64,000 nt of DNA from contig JBDKSP010000077.1 in NCBI GenBank assembly GCA_039680575.1, positions 1 through 64,000 of the forward strand, in the 5' to 3' direction. The first letter of the stretch is position 1. Every line of letters starts with the position of its first letter. The translations under genes and the position numbers were made by a program. This DNA comes from Armatimonadota bacterium (GTDB taxonomy: Bacteria; Armatimonadota; UBA5829; DTLH01). Under the pieces are notes generated by a model. The model saw only the letters and a program-made list of their open reading frames with translations. It searched no databases and was not told the DNA's origin. Positions 18,352 to 27,508 of this stretch are shown in pieces.

Positions 18352-19914
18352 TCAGACTACAATGGCTTTGTCTGCTCTATCAGGGTCGAGATCGAAGCAT
18401 ATCTGCCGCTCGTCTCCGGGGTATATTTTAAGTGCGAACCCTACATCTCCTGACCCCGTAACGTTTATCACTACGCTGGTAAATGTGTCCGGGTAGAGGT
18501 CCACAAGATATATCTTTCCACCGGGCACAGTCGGAGGATATGATCCTGAATCGGCCAGCCTCACCCTGCTTCCTGTCTGCATAGTGACAGTTCCTGCCAT
18601 GTGGTAGAGCTCAAACTCTGCTGTAATATGCGATGAGGCAGATCGGATGATGGCTTGAAGGATTTGGGTGGAGTTGCTGTCACACCTGCCTTTCCAGAGC
18701 AGACCGTCTCGGCCTGATAACAAGCTGTAGGGCATTGTTCCTGCTCCATCATTTTCGTAGTCGTACCTGCCGCTCCAGAATATGAGCTTTGTAAGACATT
18801 CATAGACCTCTTTTGGAATGAACCCCGCTTGGGCTACAGTTGCAAGCGCGTGCGCAGAGCCACCAGACTCCACATGCGAAATAGGCGCATAACGACCATC
18901 TGAGACAGTCTTTGTGTAATACCTGCTGTCGTGGTCGGACGATGATTTATGTGTATTAAGCGCATTTGATACTGCCGTGACATCAGCGGTATTGGCTTTG
19001 TTCGGTAGAGTGCTTTCAATTGTTGTGATCCTCGACTGGTGGTCGTTAAGCTGCGATTTATCGGCAGCACTCATAAACCCAGCAGCTGAACTGGTTGCCG
19101 CTGGATGCTGTGATGTGCTGCTCGATCCTACGTGACCTATCGGTGCGAACCTGGCATTTGACTCTGTCTCAGTGTAGTACCTGCTGTCGTGGTCTGCGGA
19201 TGTCTTGTGTGCAGTCAGCGCACCTGATAGACCGGTGAGGTCGGATTCGGCTGCATCAAGCCTTATCTCGTGATCTGCAACCGAAGACACCTGTTCAGGA
19301 GTCATGAAGCCTGCCATCTCTTCCGTTGCCGCAGGATGACGATCTAGCCCTCCGTGACCTGCGTGATTCGCGAAGCTGGAGACGATACTTCCGCCATCCC
19401 CGGACCCGCCTGCTGCGGGTTTGACCTCACCGGTGTCCCGGTTGAATATATGCACCGGCGCAACGGACCTGCTTTTCGCTCCCTGCGGCAGCGGATCACC
19501 GGAGGTGTCCCTTGCCTGAAGCGTCGCGATCCACTTCTCTCGCTCGGCGGTCGGCTCTCCGGTCAGTGGGTTTACAAGTGTCGGGTCTTCCGATGCAGTC
19601 ACGTCTCTTTTGAAGACATCCACGTAGATAATGTGCTCTCCAGGCTCAGAAAAGCTTAGTGTTGCACCCGAAACTTGGACAGCGCAGCCGCCCAGGTAAA
19701 CAAACCCATCTGTGATTGTGACATCATTGCCCGCTGCCGTAGCTACAAGGCCGGATAGTATTGCTCCGGGAGATAGTATCCTGTCGAAGAGCATCGCGTG
19801 GTCGTGCGCCGCTACGTCCTGCATCTCGTTTAGCTCAGTATTAAGAAGGTCACGGTCTTCCCGGTAGCAGACTCTTTTATAATTCTTTGCTGCATCAAAT
19901 GTGCTGTCATTCAT
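18352..19914 (-). CDS. Tail fibre / baseplate-anchored protein
   Basis: N-terminal YKRVCY..ELNEMQD anchor (DUF4815-like); internal HK.S.DHDSRYYT and HP.AT...AGF repeats; last gene of the baseplate block. Confidence 0.7.
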   Translation of the reverse strand: MNDSTFDAAKNYKRVCYREDRDLLNTELNEMQDVAAHDHAMLFDRILSPGAILSGLVATAAGNDVTITDGFVYLGGCAVQVSGATLSFSEPGEHIIYVDVFKRDVTASEDPTLVNPLTGEPTAEREKWIATLQARDTSGDPLPQGAKSRSVAPVHIFNRDTGEVKPAAGGSGDGGSIVSSFANHAGHGGLDRHPAATEEMAGFMTPEQVSSVADHEIRLDAAESDLTGLSGALTAHKTSADHDSRYYTETESNARFAPIGHVGSSSTSQHPAATSSAAGFMSAADKSQLNDHQSRITTIESTLPNKANTADVTAVSNALNTHKSSSDHDSRYYTKTVSDGRYAPISHVESGGSAHALATVAQAGFIPKEVYECLTKLIFWSGRYDYENDGAGTMPYSLLSGRDGLLWKGRCDSNSTQILQAIIRSASSHITAEFELYHMAGTVTMQTGSRVRLADSGSYPPTVPGGKIYLVDLYPDTFTSVVINVTGSGDVGFALKIYPGDERQICFDLDPDRADKAIVV

Positions 19915-20450
19915 AAACTCGCTGTCTCCTCTCCAATCCAGACTATTGTCCCCGCAGGTTGGTGCTGAAGGACGATCTGCAGAAATTCATCAGTATTAAT
20001 GGGATCAGTTATCCCGTAGATCCCGTGGTTATACTTATGCCCAGGGAGCTTCTGCCTGCCGAGCCTGGCATGGTAGTTTAGGCGGAGGATCTTCCTGAAG
20101 GTCTCGATTATTTCTCCCTTCCAGCCAAGCCTTGATAGCTCTTTTCTTAACCCTTCATATGTGCCGCATCTTCTGTAGCGCTCTATCGCCTCGATTATCC
20201 TCTGCCTCTGTGGAGATGGATTTCTTTGTGGGTCATATTCTGCTCCAACAAGCGAAGCAAGACAGCCGAGGAAGTCCGGTGGGCAATACCTCGGAAATGC
20301 AAGCCCGGGGATACGGTCAATACGTACCTTCAGGTCATCGAGAGTGAGACCGACGACCGAGAGGAACACATCAATGTCGCCGCTTGCGTCGCTCAGGGTG
20401 TACACTTCCGGCAGAAGCCGTTTCATTGTTTCCTTCATCCCTGCCATCAC
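19911..20450 (-). CDS. Phage tail protein (P2 gpI-like baseplate wedge)
   Basis: LLPEVY..D, CPPDFLGCLASLVG, YRRCGT; follows baseplate J. Confidence 0.75.
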   Translation of the reverse strand: MMAGMKETMKRLLPEVYTLSDASGDIDVFLSVVGLTLDDLKVRIDRIPGLAFPRYCPPDFLGCLASLVGAEYDPQRNPSPQRQRIIEAIERYRRCGTYEGLRKELSRLGWKGEIIETFRKILRLNYHARLGRQKLPGHKYNHGIYGITDPINTDEFLQIVLQHQPAGTIVWIGEETASL

Positions 20451-21868
20451 CTGACCACCTGGGTATCAATCGTTACAGTGCCAAGAGTGGGTATCTCCCT
20501 GAAGCCTGAGGTAACATCCTTCATTGGCTCCCGGAGGACGACGTGGCTTACCCCCTCCACGCCATCAAGGAGCGCTACAAGATCGGAGAGATACACGGGG
20601 CTTCCAAAGTCTTGGCCTTCAAATGCAAACTGCGACTCAAGCACTTCTAGTGCGCGCTTTTTCACCACTTGAATGTCCTGGCCGGGATAGGTGTATAGAA
20701 GTGCGCTCACATTGACGGGAATATAGGCGGGATCTACTATACCTGCATCAATGGTGAGAAGTCTTCTCGCATCGAGGTAACTCTCAAGATGTTCTTTCAA
20801 GAGTGGTGAGGGTAGTCCACCGCCGTCAGGCGCTATACAGATCCGGACCGTGTAGATCCGTAGGTTCGGGTCATCGTTGATATCCATCACCCTGGCTTTC
20901 GCTATTCCTGGGAAGGCAAGACATAGCGCCGTGTAATCGTCTCTTGTCACAGCCTTCCAGGTTGAACGAAGTACCGCCGGTGCGGTCTCTTTAGCATGGT
21001 CTGCCGACTCTCGTTCCGATCCACCGGTTGCTGGGAGCGGATTATCGACAGTCAACTGAACCAATTCATTACCGCTCGTATATATGTAAGAGATGATTTC
21101 AGTAACGCGATGCGGAGCAAGGTTACCGTCTGGACCGAGCGTCGCTAGGTAAGAGACATCAATTGTCGCACCCTGCCGGGGAAACGTTCCCCATTTGCCG
21201 TCGCCAAAGATTATGGAGACTCGATCAAGCCCATCCCGCTCGACCCGGAAATGAGTGTTCTCCGCGCCGCTGTCGGTGAAATGTTCCACCTCCTGCCACT
21301 CTACACTGGCTACAACTACTTTGACCGTACCTTCGGCAATGTCTGTTCGGGCAAGAGTAATCCTTGCCATCTGCTGGCCCGTCCCGGTAAAGCTCTCTGT
21401 AACGGCCTCACCTTGCACGGCATTAGTCTCAGCCTCGGTCGCACCCGCCTTGATTGTAAGTCCAGCGGTTGTAACGAAAGGAACAGGTGTATTTGCATCG
21501 GGCGCTCGCACCAGAGTGCCTGCCGGAATCACTATGTCATCAGCCTGCGACTCTTTTAGGGTAAAGCGAAGCGTGGTAGTCGAAGCGACCGGCCCATGCA
21601 AGCTGTAGTCGATTAGTGAACAGAGGTTTATGATGTTCTGCCGCTGCCTGGCTGTCGGAAGGTAGCACTCGGCTGCCTGTGCATCGATGTAGTATGCGAG
21701 CATATCTGCAATCCCTGCAAAGAGCTCGAGGAGCACCACTCCAAGGTCACTTGCGTTGAAATCGGTCCAGCGGTCGGTAAGCTGCGGTATCCGGGACATA
21801 AGCTCCTCCCGGATTGATTCATAGTCCTTGTTTACGTACGGGAGCCTCCCGCGCTTTGCCTGTGCCAT
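20447..21868 (-). CDS. Baseplate J/gp47-like protein
   Basis: KDYESIR, WTDFNASDLGVVLLELFA, GGSERES, AVTRDDY. Confidence 0.9.
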   Translation of the reverse strand: MAQAKRGRLPYVNKDYESIREELMSRIPQLTDRWTDFNASDLGVVLLELFAGIADMLAYYIDAQAAECYLPTARQRQNIINLCSLIDYSLHGPVASTTTLRFTLKESQADDIVIPAGTLVRAPDANTPVPFVTTAGLTIKAGATEAETNAVQGEAVTESFTGTGQQMARITLARTDIAEGTVKVVVASVEWQEVEHFTDSGAENTHFRVERDGLDRVSIIFGDGKWGTFPRQGATIDVSYLATLGPDGNLAPHRVTEIISYIYTSGNELVQLTVDNPLPATGGSERESADHAKETAPAVLRSTWKAVTRDDYTALCLAFPGIAKARVMDINDDPNLRIYTVRICIAPDGGGLPSPLLKEHLESYLDARRLLTIDAGIVDPAYIPVNVSALLYTYPGQDIQVVKKRALEVLESQFAFEGQDFGSPVYLSDLVALLDGVEGVSHVVLREPMKDVTSGFREIPTLGTVTIDTQVVR

Positions 21869-22717
21869 CTATTCCGACTCCCTGTAAAATGGGTACACCA
21901 TGTTCCCTTCGACCTGGCTTGAGATGAGCCTGTAGCTGATATTTACCAGGACCAGGTGCTCGTCATCCCCTTGTTCGACCGCTATATCCGTTACAATAAT
22001 CCTTGGCTCCCACTTATCCAGTGCGTCCACCACCTCGTGTCTGATAAGGCCGTACAGTATACGGTCGTTCGGTTCAAAGATGAGCTTGTGGAGGTCTGAT
22101 CCAAACTCAGGTCTCATAAACCTTTCGCCTTTCCTCGTCCCGAGGGTCTGCCTTATGCTCTCGTGGATGTGTGCGTGGTCCGAAGATGTTGCCGTCGAGA
22201 TCTGCGTCCCACCTGATCTCCTCTGGAATGTGAACGGGAACTTGAGACCTTTGCCGAGGAACTCAAGCGCAGGGTCTCTGGTGCCGGTAGTCCCATAACC
22301 TTCGACTGTGTAGTCATCATCACAGCTCGTATCAACAATGATGATCTGGATGTCGACATAAGTCATAGTCGGCTGTACGATGCTAGAGGTCAGATCACAA
22401 GAGATCCCAAACGCCTCCGAAACGGCAAGCGCCAGGTCCACATCCACCAGGAACTTTCCTGTCAAAGCCGCGAAGAGGTCAATATTTATGTCTGCTCTGC
22501 TATCTAAATTGATCGAGACATCTGATACAAGACCTGACACTATCGCAGAGATGGTCAGGACATCTGCAAGCAGGCTAAATTCTTCACTTGAAGTTGGAAC
22601 TATACCGTAAGTGTGTCCAGCCTGGCCTGGCCTTGCCATACGAAACCTCGGTGAGACAGACCCGGCGTTCAGAGGGCTGATGCAGATGTCTACCTCCTTG
22701 CCACTATGTGCCGTCAC
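21869..22717 (-). CDS. GPW/gp25 baseplate protein with N-terminal extension
   Basis: LGKGLKFPF, ESIRQTLGTRKGERFMRPEFGS, WEPRI in the C-terminal half. Confidence 0.85.
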   Translation of the reverse strand: MTAHSGKEVDICISPLNAGSVSPRFRMARPGQAGHTYGIVPTSSEEFSLLADVLTISAIVSGLVSDVSINLDSRADINIDLFAALTGKFLVDVDLALAVSEAFGISCDLTSSIVQPTMTYVDIQIIIVDTSCDDDYTVEGYGTTGTRDPALEFLGKGLKFPFTFQRRSGGTQISTATSSDHAHIHESIRQTLGTRKGERFMRPEFGSDLHKLIFEPNDRILYGLIRHEVVDALDKWEPRIIVTDIAVEQGDDEHLVLVNISYRLISSQVEGNMVYPFYRESE

Positions 22718-22835
22718 GTCGCAAGGTTCCTTTTATCCTGATGGCTTTCAGATTGCGGATGAAAAGCTTATTCCGGATCGCATATACGCCAGCCTTTATT
22801 TCTATTTGGACCAACTTCCCAGGTCTCACTGCCAC
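22704..22835 (-). CDS. Small hypothetical protein (43 aa, below the ORF-track cutoff)
   Basis: GGGAG RBS then GTG: MAVRPGKLVQIEIKAGVYAIRNKLFIRNLKAIRIKGTLRRDGT*; fills the operon gap. Confidence 0.45.
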   Translation of the reverse strand: MAVRPGKLVQIEIKAGVYAIRNKLFIRNLKAIRIKGTLRRDGT

Positions 22836-22839
22836 TTTG

Positions 22840-23817
22840 TTACTCCCTCACTGCTATCCATGTGCTTGGTCCGCCGCTTACGTAGAATATTTTGTAGGTA
22901 GAAGTTCCCAGGTCGAGCACATCTTCGGACGCACCTGCTCCTGAACCAATTGAATACACATCAATAAGCTCACCGCGTAGTTCATCATCGCCAGTGACGA
23001 GGATAGGGTACATCGCTACCAGGCGATACCTGTTGTCTGGATCGCTTACACCTGTCTGGTAACCGGAAAACTCACGGGCACTGCATGGATGTGACATCTG
23101 TCCGGCATATCCGTCGCATCTGTTCAGTAAATACCCGCCCGGCATGCCTGAACAGCTGACCATTACCGGCTGAGGGTCTTCTCCGATCTTAGCCCCTGCT
23201 GCGTATGCAGTTGCAAGAGAGGCTATGGTTACCGTATTTGGAGTAGACGAGACATCGGTTGCTGTGACCTGGGTGCGTGCGATGTTCGCGTTGTCTTTTA
23301 TGACGTAGAACTTGCCTGGAGAAAGGATTGAGGCATCGTTGACCGAAACAGTGACATTTGTTCCCGCGTCTGCTCCGTCCTGCGTAACAGCGATCTGGTC
23401 CGACCAGAACCGTTTTATGACTCCGCTGTAATGTCCGTAATAGGTAGCGCCGATCCTCGTCACAACGTAGACCCTGTCAGGGTTGACATATATCCAGTAG
23501 TTAAACGGAGCCGAGTCCGATGTGACAATTACCGTTGACCCGGACGAAAACACAGGCTTTATCGCAGTGTGGCTTGATGCGTCCCAGTAGAGTGCTGCTT
23601 TGACCAGGATATTATTGGTGGCCGCATCGTTTATAAATTGCAGATATATGTCTTCTCTACCTGACTCTCCGGCAGAGAATGCAACAAAATACGGCTGTGC
23701 CTGTGTCATCTGGTCATCGTGTAGAGTCCAACCACACGTTTCGATGATGAAATCCTTTAACCTGATGAGCATGTCTGCAGTGTTGCTCGCTGTTCCAGAA
23801 GTGCTTTTATATGCCAA
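22840..23817 (-). CDS. Putative virion structural protein
   Basis: RBS AGGAGG and TTG start; beta-rich; within the baseplate operon. Confidence 0.6.
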   Translation of the reverse strand: MAYKSTSGTASNTADMLIRLKDFIIETCGWTLHDDQMTQAQPYFVAFSAGESGREDIYLQFINDAATNNILVKAALYWDASSHTAIKPVFSSGSTVIVTSDSAPFNYWIYVNPDRVYVVTRIGATYYGHYSGVIKRFWSDQIAVTQDGADAGTNVTVSVNDASILSPGKFYVIKDNANIARTQVTATDVSSTPNTVTIASLATAYAAGAKIGEDPQPVMVSCSGMPGGYLLNRCDGYAGQMSHPCSAREFSGYQTGVSDPDNRYRLVAMYPILVTGDDELRGELIDVYSIGSGAGASEDVLDLGTSTYKIFYVSGGPSTWIAVRE

Positions 23818-23831
23818 TTGGTCCTCCTTGT

Positions 23832-24419
23832 CTAGACCAGGCTCATGCTGCCGGTAAGCCTTAGTTTAAGGTCGGTTTTCTTGTCCAATCCTGTTCCTGC
23901 GGGAACGCTTAGCCTTCGGAAGAAGGAAACAGTAGAGCTATAGCTCTTATCGCCAAGAACAAGTTCATGCCCAGGTGCAGCATCCAGTCCTTCTTTTGTT
24001 GGTGCAAGTGTGCACCAAGAAGACTCGTCTGTCCCTGATGTGTCCACAGGCGCTATTTTGAGGTTTGTATAGTTGCATGCGCTGTAGACTTTTGTGCCCT
24101 GTGCATGGGATGCAGGCTGTGTCCCGTAGATTGCCCTTTGGACCGTGAGGACAGTTGTCCCACCGCCTGATATGACCCGCATCTCTTCGGAATCGATGAT
24201 GATGACTTCCCCGTCTGAAAAGCGCGGGACAGCGAGCACTAAGTCTGAGGAGACTGCGTCAATGGCATCAGAAAGAGTGGTCTGCTCATTTGCCACAAAA
24301 AGCTCGCGGTCTTTTGATTCACCAGATGAGCCGTCGAGAGTCTCTGTGTCAGGGCTTGCCATATCGCCTTCAGATATCTGTTCGGTGAGCTCTATATCCT
24401 TATATATATGAATTGCCAT
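23832..24419 (-). CDS. Putative virion structural protein
   Basis: IIIDSEEM..LTVQRA..GT..ASH motif seen in tail proteins; operon context. Confidence 0.6.
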   Translation of the reverse strand: MAIHIYKDIELTEQISEGDMASPDTETLDGSSGESKDRELFVANEQTTLSDAIDAVSSDLVLAVPRFSDGEVIIIDSEEMRVISGGGTTVLTVQRAIYGTQPASHAQGTKVYSACNYTNLKIAPVDTSGTDESSWCTLAPTKEGLDAAPGHELVLGDKSYSSTVSFFRRLSVPAGTGLDKKTDLKLRLTGSMSLV

Positions 24420-24686
24420 TTATCCAACCTCTGTATCAGGACTACCTGATATGATGACTGCACCGCATTCGGTAATATCGCCTGTGCGTGCCGCGGGCTG
24501 TCCTTCAATAGTCACATTGGCACTTCCGGTCACAATCGGTGTTACGCCGTGGCCGGGTATGGGACAGGAATGAAGGTCACCCTTTCGCGCTGCCGGTATG
24601 CCGTTTATGAGTGTTCTCAGAGAGCCTGATATGATGGTGCCTCCGTGGTCCGTCCTGTCTCCAAGTCTTGCCTGAGCTAATCCCAA
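24420..24686 (-). CDS. PAAR spike-tip protein
   Basis: ARLGD, PAARKGD, PAARTGD repeats with His/Cys ligands. Confidence 0.95.
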   Translation of the reverse strand: MGLAQARLGDRTDHGGTIISGSLRTLINGIPAARKGDLHSCPIPGHGVTPIVTGSANVTIEGQPAARTGDITECGAVIISGSPDTEVG

Positions 24687-24689
24687 GGA

Positions 24690-25064
24690 CTATCTCCTAA
24701 AGTATGTGAGAGCCGAGCTTATGATGCCGGAGAGTATCCCGCCAATAGTGACAATGATTGCTGCAAGCTTCCAGAGACTGTCGGTCCCGGCTTTAGTGTC
24801 GAGTGCAGCATGGATCCCTTTTATCTCTCCGTCATGCCGTAAGAGTTCATCACGGATGCCGCGGACTAAAAGGTCCACGTTTTCCTTATCACTCTTAAGC
24901 TCGATCTGCCGCTCTATCTTCTCAAGTCGGCTTTGGATGTCACGCCGGTGGTCTTCGAGTATCTCTCTAAACTCTGCTCGCCAGGTATCGAAGGTCTTTG
25001 CAAGAAGCCTCTCGCTTTCAACCCAACCGCACTTTGTCGGTCCCTGGCACTCGTTTTCTGTCAT
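24690..25064 (-). CDS. Coiled-coil protein with C-terminal TM helix (holin/hemolysin-like)
   Basis: Coiled coil followed by LAAIIVTIGGILSGIISSAL. Confidence 0.55.
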   Translation of the reverse strand: MTENECQGPTKCGWVESERLLAKTFDTWRAEFREILEDHRRDIQSRLEKIERQIELKSDKENVDLLVRGIRDELLRHDGEIKGIHAALDTKAGTDSLWKLAAIIVTIGGILSGIISSALTYFRR

Positions 25065-25073
25065 GCTGCCTCC

Positions 25074-25745
25074 CTATGGGTTGATGTGGACTTTGCCAGC
25101 TGAGATGATCGTGATATCGCCGCTTGCGGCGTCCATGACAATCCTGCTTCCTGCTTTGTCGGTGATCTCGACTCTGCGTCCGGACTGGAGTGTTATCTCT
25201 TGCCCAGATGAGTCTACAATCCTGATGCAGGCATCAATCTCCCTGTCGTCCAGAAGGATAGTATGTCCTGCTGGAGTCTTCGCTAAGACGAACACCTTTG
25301 GGCACCAGTACGGCGGGTGAGCGTGGAACTTCCTATGTTCCAGGTTGTCCTCGGCACTCTTCTCATGCTCTGCCCTGTCCGGACAGACCGTGCATTCAGT
25401 GCCGCTGCAGAGGCGTTTTGCTTCATCAGGCATCTCACCGGGGTTCGTACCGGCAAGCCAGACTCCCGACCAGATCGGAAACTGGGGGTCCCCGCCTTCA
25501 AACTCCGCCCAGACGGACGCACCCTCAGGTGGGACAAGGAACGTGCCACAGTTGTCTATTCCACCGAATGAAAAGCATGGGTAGGCCCAGTCTGACCAGT
25601 TCTCTGGGCCTATTCCAAGGACTGCAGGTATCTCCAGCCTACATCTGCCGAGCCTCTCCGGGTCGTGATTGTCGCGGACGAAGGCACGATACTTTCCGTA
25701 GAAATGGGACCCAGCGTGCCCACCGTCTTCAAAAGGAAGTGCCAC
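25074..25745 (-). CDS. Baseplate spike protein (gpV/gp5 OB-fold)
   Basis: FYGKYRA.V.DN.DPERLGR, VWAEFEGGDP..PIW.G, KTPAGH. Confidence 0.9.
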   Translation of the reverse strand: MALPFEDGGHAGSHFYGKYRAFVRDNHDPERLGRCRLEIPAVLGIGPENWSDWAYPCFSFGGIDNCGTFLVPPEGASVWAEFEGGDPQFPIWSGVWLAGTNPGEMPDEAKRLCSGTECTVCPDRAEHEKSAEDNLEHRKFHAHPPYWCPKVFVLAKTPAGHTILLDDREIDACIRIVDSSGQEITLQSGRRVEITDKAGSRIVMDAASGDITIISAGKVHINP

Positions 25746-26048
25746 CTAAAGACCCCTGAACATCTCCCGAACGATCTTTAGTCCGGTAGTAAGCGGTGAC
25801 TTCTTTGGATCAGCCTTTGCTACGGAATCATCTAGTGCATCTCTGGCTGCAGTCGGAAGGCTTATCTGAGCTGAAGCGACTCCGGTCTTTACTTCCCGGA
25901 TGCCTAAGCGTTCTATGACCCCGACCACTGCATCGAGAGCTCTTGCCTGGGCTTTTCCCCAAGCTGTAAGCTTGATGACGGCTATGAGGGAAATGATGAA
26001 GGTCGCAATGACCTCCTTGTTCTCTATTACAAACCCTATTACTTGCAT
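25746..26048 (-). CDS. Small membrane protein, holin candidate
   Basis: Single N-terminal hydrophobic segment; tail operon context. Confidence 0.5.
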   Translation of the reverse strand: MQVIGFVIENKEVIATFIISLIAVIKLTAWGKAQARALDAVVGVIERLGIREVKTGVASAQISLPTAARDALDDSVAKADPKKSPLTTGLKIVREMFRGL

Positions 26049-26064
26049 GAGTCTTTCCTCCTGA

Positions 26065-27381
26065 TCATTTGCTGATTACTTTGCCGGTATTGGCATCTAT
26101 CCGGACCATCTTTGGCACAGGCTTTACCGGCTGCGCCTGAGTCTTGGCCGTCTCTCTGGACAAGTTTATGACCTGCCGCTTAGGGCTTTGGGGGGCATGA
26201 GTCTCGTTTTTCTTGCCCTTAACTTCTGTTGATTTGTTTCCAGCGCCTTTTCCAAGGGCATTTCGCTTTAGCTTGAGCTCACAAAAATACCCGTCCTGAA
26301 AGGTGTGCCTGACCGATGTGCAGTAGTATATGCCTGAGAACTTTCTCCCGACTCCACGCACCTCGATGTTTTGCTTGGCAACAAGAGCCGGGATACCTAC
26401 CGTTACAGCCGTCGCCTCTATCTGCCGCATCTCCGCTTCTTTGAACTGGCTCTCGGACCTGCCCTGAACTGGTTCCTGACGAGGCTCCTCATGGAACCCT
26501 TCAGACCGCTCAAAGCTCTGCACTATCTTGCCGGACTCCTGGTCCCTGAACCTGCCTTCGCCGGTGTTGCCGTTCACAAGGTAAGTGTTCTTTCCAAGAG
26601 ACGTCCGTTCTGGAGTCGTATCGTTGTTTGCTCTGTGTTCGACAGGCCTCTTTTTGCGTGGGTCTACTCCGACGGCTTTCGTCTCTGTCCCCGCACCTTT
26701 TGCAAATTGGGACTGAGTGGACGGCTTAAACGACCGGAGCAACCCTTCCTGGTCTGTGAAATACTCAAGGACGATGGCTGGCTGTGACTGAAGGTTTCTT
26801 GGGTGAAAGTGCAGTTCGTTGTCCTCAATATAGAACACGTATCCTGCTACCCCTTTTCCGTTTCGGTCCCTGGACCTCTCAGCAAGCTCCTTTAGAAACT
26901 TTGCATCCGACCTGGCTCCCTGCACTATGCGAAGATGCCATCCTATAGTCTTAGTTACAACAGATGTTAGCCCGTGTTCCTTAGCGATCTGTTCCGCAAT
27001 TTCCGAGTAGAGGATCCCCGGTGCAGGTTTTTGCCATACCCTCTGGATCTGCTTTCCTGTAAGCTTATGCCCCTTGTCATATGCCTTGATCTTGATACTA
27101 GGCTCGCCGCTTTCAGGGAAGTCATAGTCTATATCCTTGATGACAGCGACTTTTCTTACTGAAAGATCACCTGCGTATCCAAACCGGGCAATGATCTCGT
27201 TTCCTTCCTGGAAAAGCGGATCATCGACGAACTGCAGGTTCCTGTCGGAGATGGATATCTCAAGGACATCCATCTCCTCCTCATTGTCTTCAAAGGTGAA
27301 CGAGGTGATCTCATCTGTAACATCCTTTAGTAGCCTGTGGCCCTCGATCTCTATAAGGAATGTAGGCTGATAGGTGTCCAG
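26065..27381 (-). CDS. Baseplate hub / late control D-like protein
   Basis: Frame open upstream of ATG 27273 to CTG 27381 (LDTYQPTFLIEIEG..); SDAKFLKELA, GVGRKFSGIYY..SVRH motifs. Confidence 0.8.
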   Translation of the reverse strand: MDTYQPTFLIEIEGHRLLKDVTDEITSFTFEDNEEEMDVLEISISDRNLQFVDDPLFQEGNEIIARFGYAGDLSVRKVAVIKDIDYDFPESGEPSIKIKAYDKGHKLTGKQIQRVWQKPAPGILYSEIAEQIAKEHGLTSVVTKTIGWHLRIVQGARSDAKFLKELAERSRDRNGKGVAGYVFYIEDNELHFHPRNLQSQPAIVLEYFTDQEGLLRSFKPSTQSQFAKGAGTETKAVGVDPRKKRPVEHRANNDTTPERTSLGKNTYLVNGNTGEGRFRDQESGKIVQSFERSEGFHEEPRQEPVQGRSESQFKEAEMRQIEATAVTVGIPALVAKQNIEVRGVGRKFSGIYYCTSVRHTFQDGYFCELKLKRNALGKGAGNKSTEVKGKKNETHAPQSPKRQVINLSRETAKTQAQPVKPVPKMVRIDANTGKVISK

Positions 27382-27392
27382 TTCCTTGCACC

Positions 27393-27431
27393 TCTACTTG
27401 ATATGTACTGTTGGAATCACGGAACTGTCGG
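27393..27431 (-). promoter_or_regulatory. Phage late-promoter-like motif, copy 1
   Basis: CCGACA-N16-AGTACATATCAAGTAGA directly before the baseplate operon. Confidence 0.7.
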
Positions 27432-27508
27432 GATTCTTTGTGAACTGGCGTTGCAGGCTAACGTGGTATAATGGAGCGAGATATTTGAACTTGGAAGGCC
27501 CTCCACTG

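Noticed and set aside
18900..19210. Direct repeats in the tail-fibre gene as a possible DGR template/variable pair
   Set aside because: In-frame protein repeats, no adenine-specific mismatch pattern evident, and no reverse transcriptase in the window.
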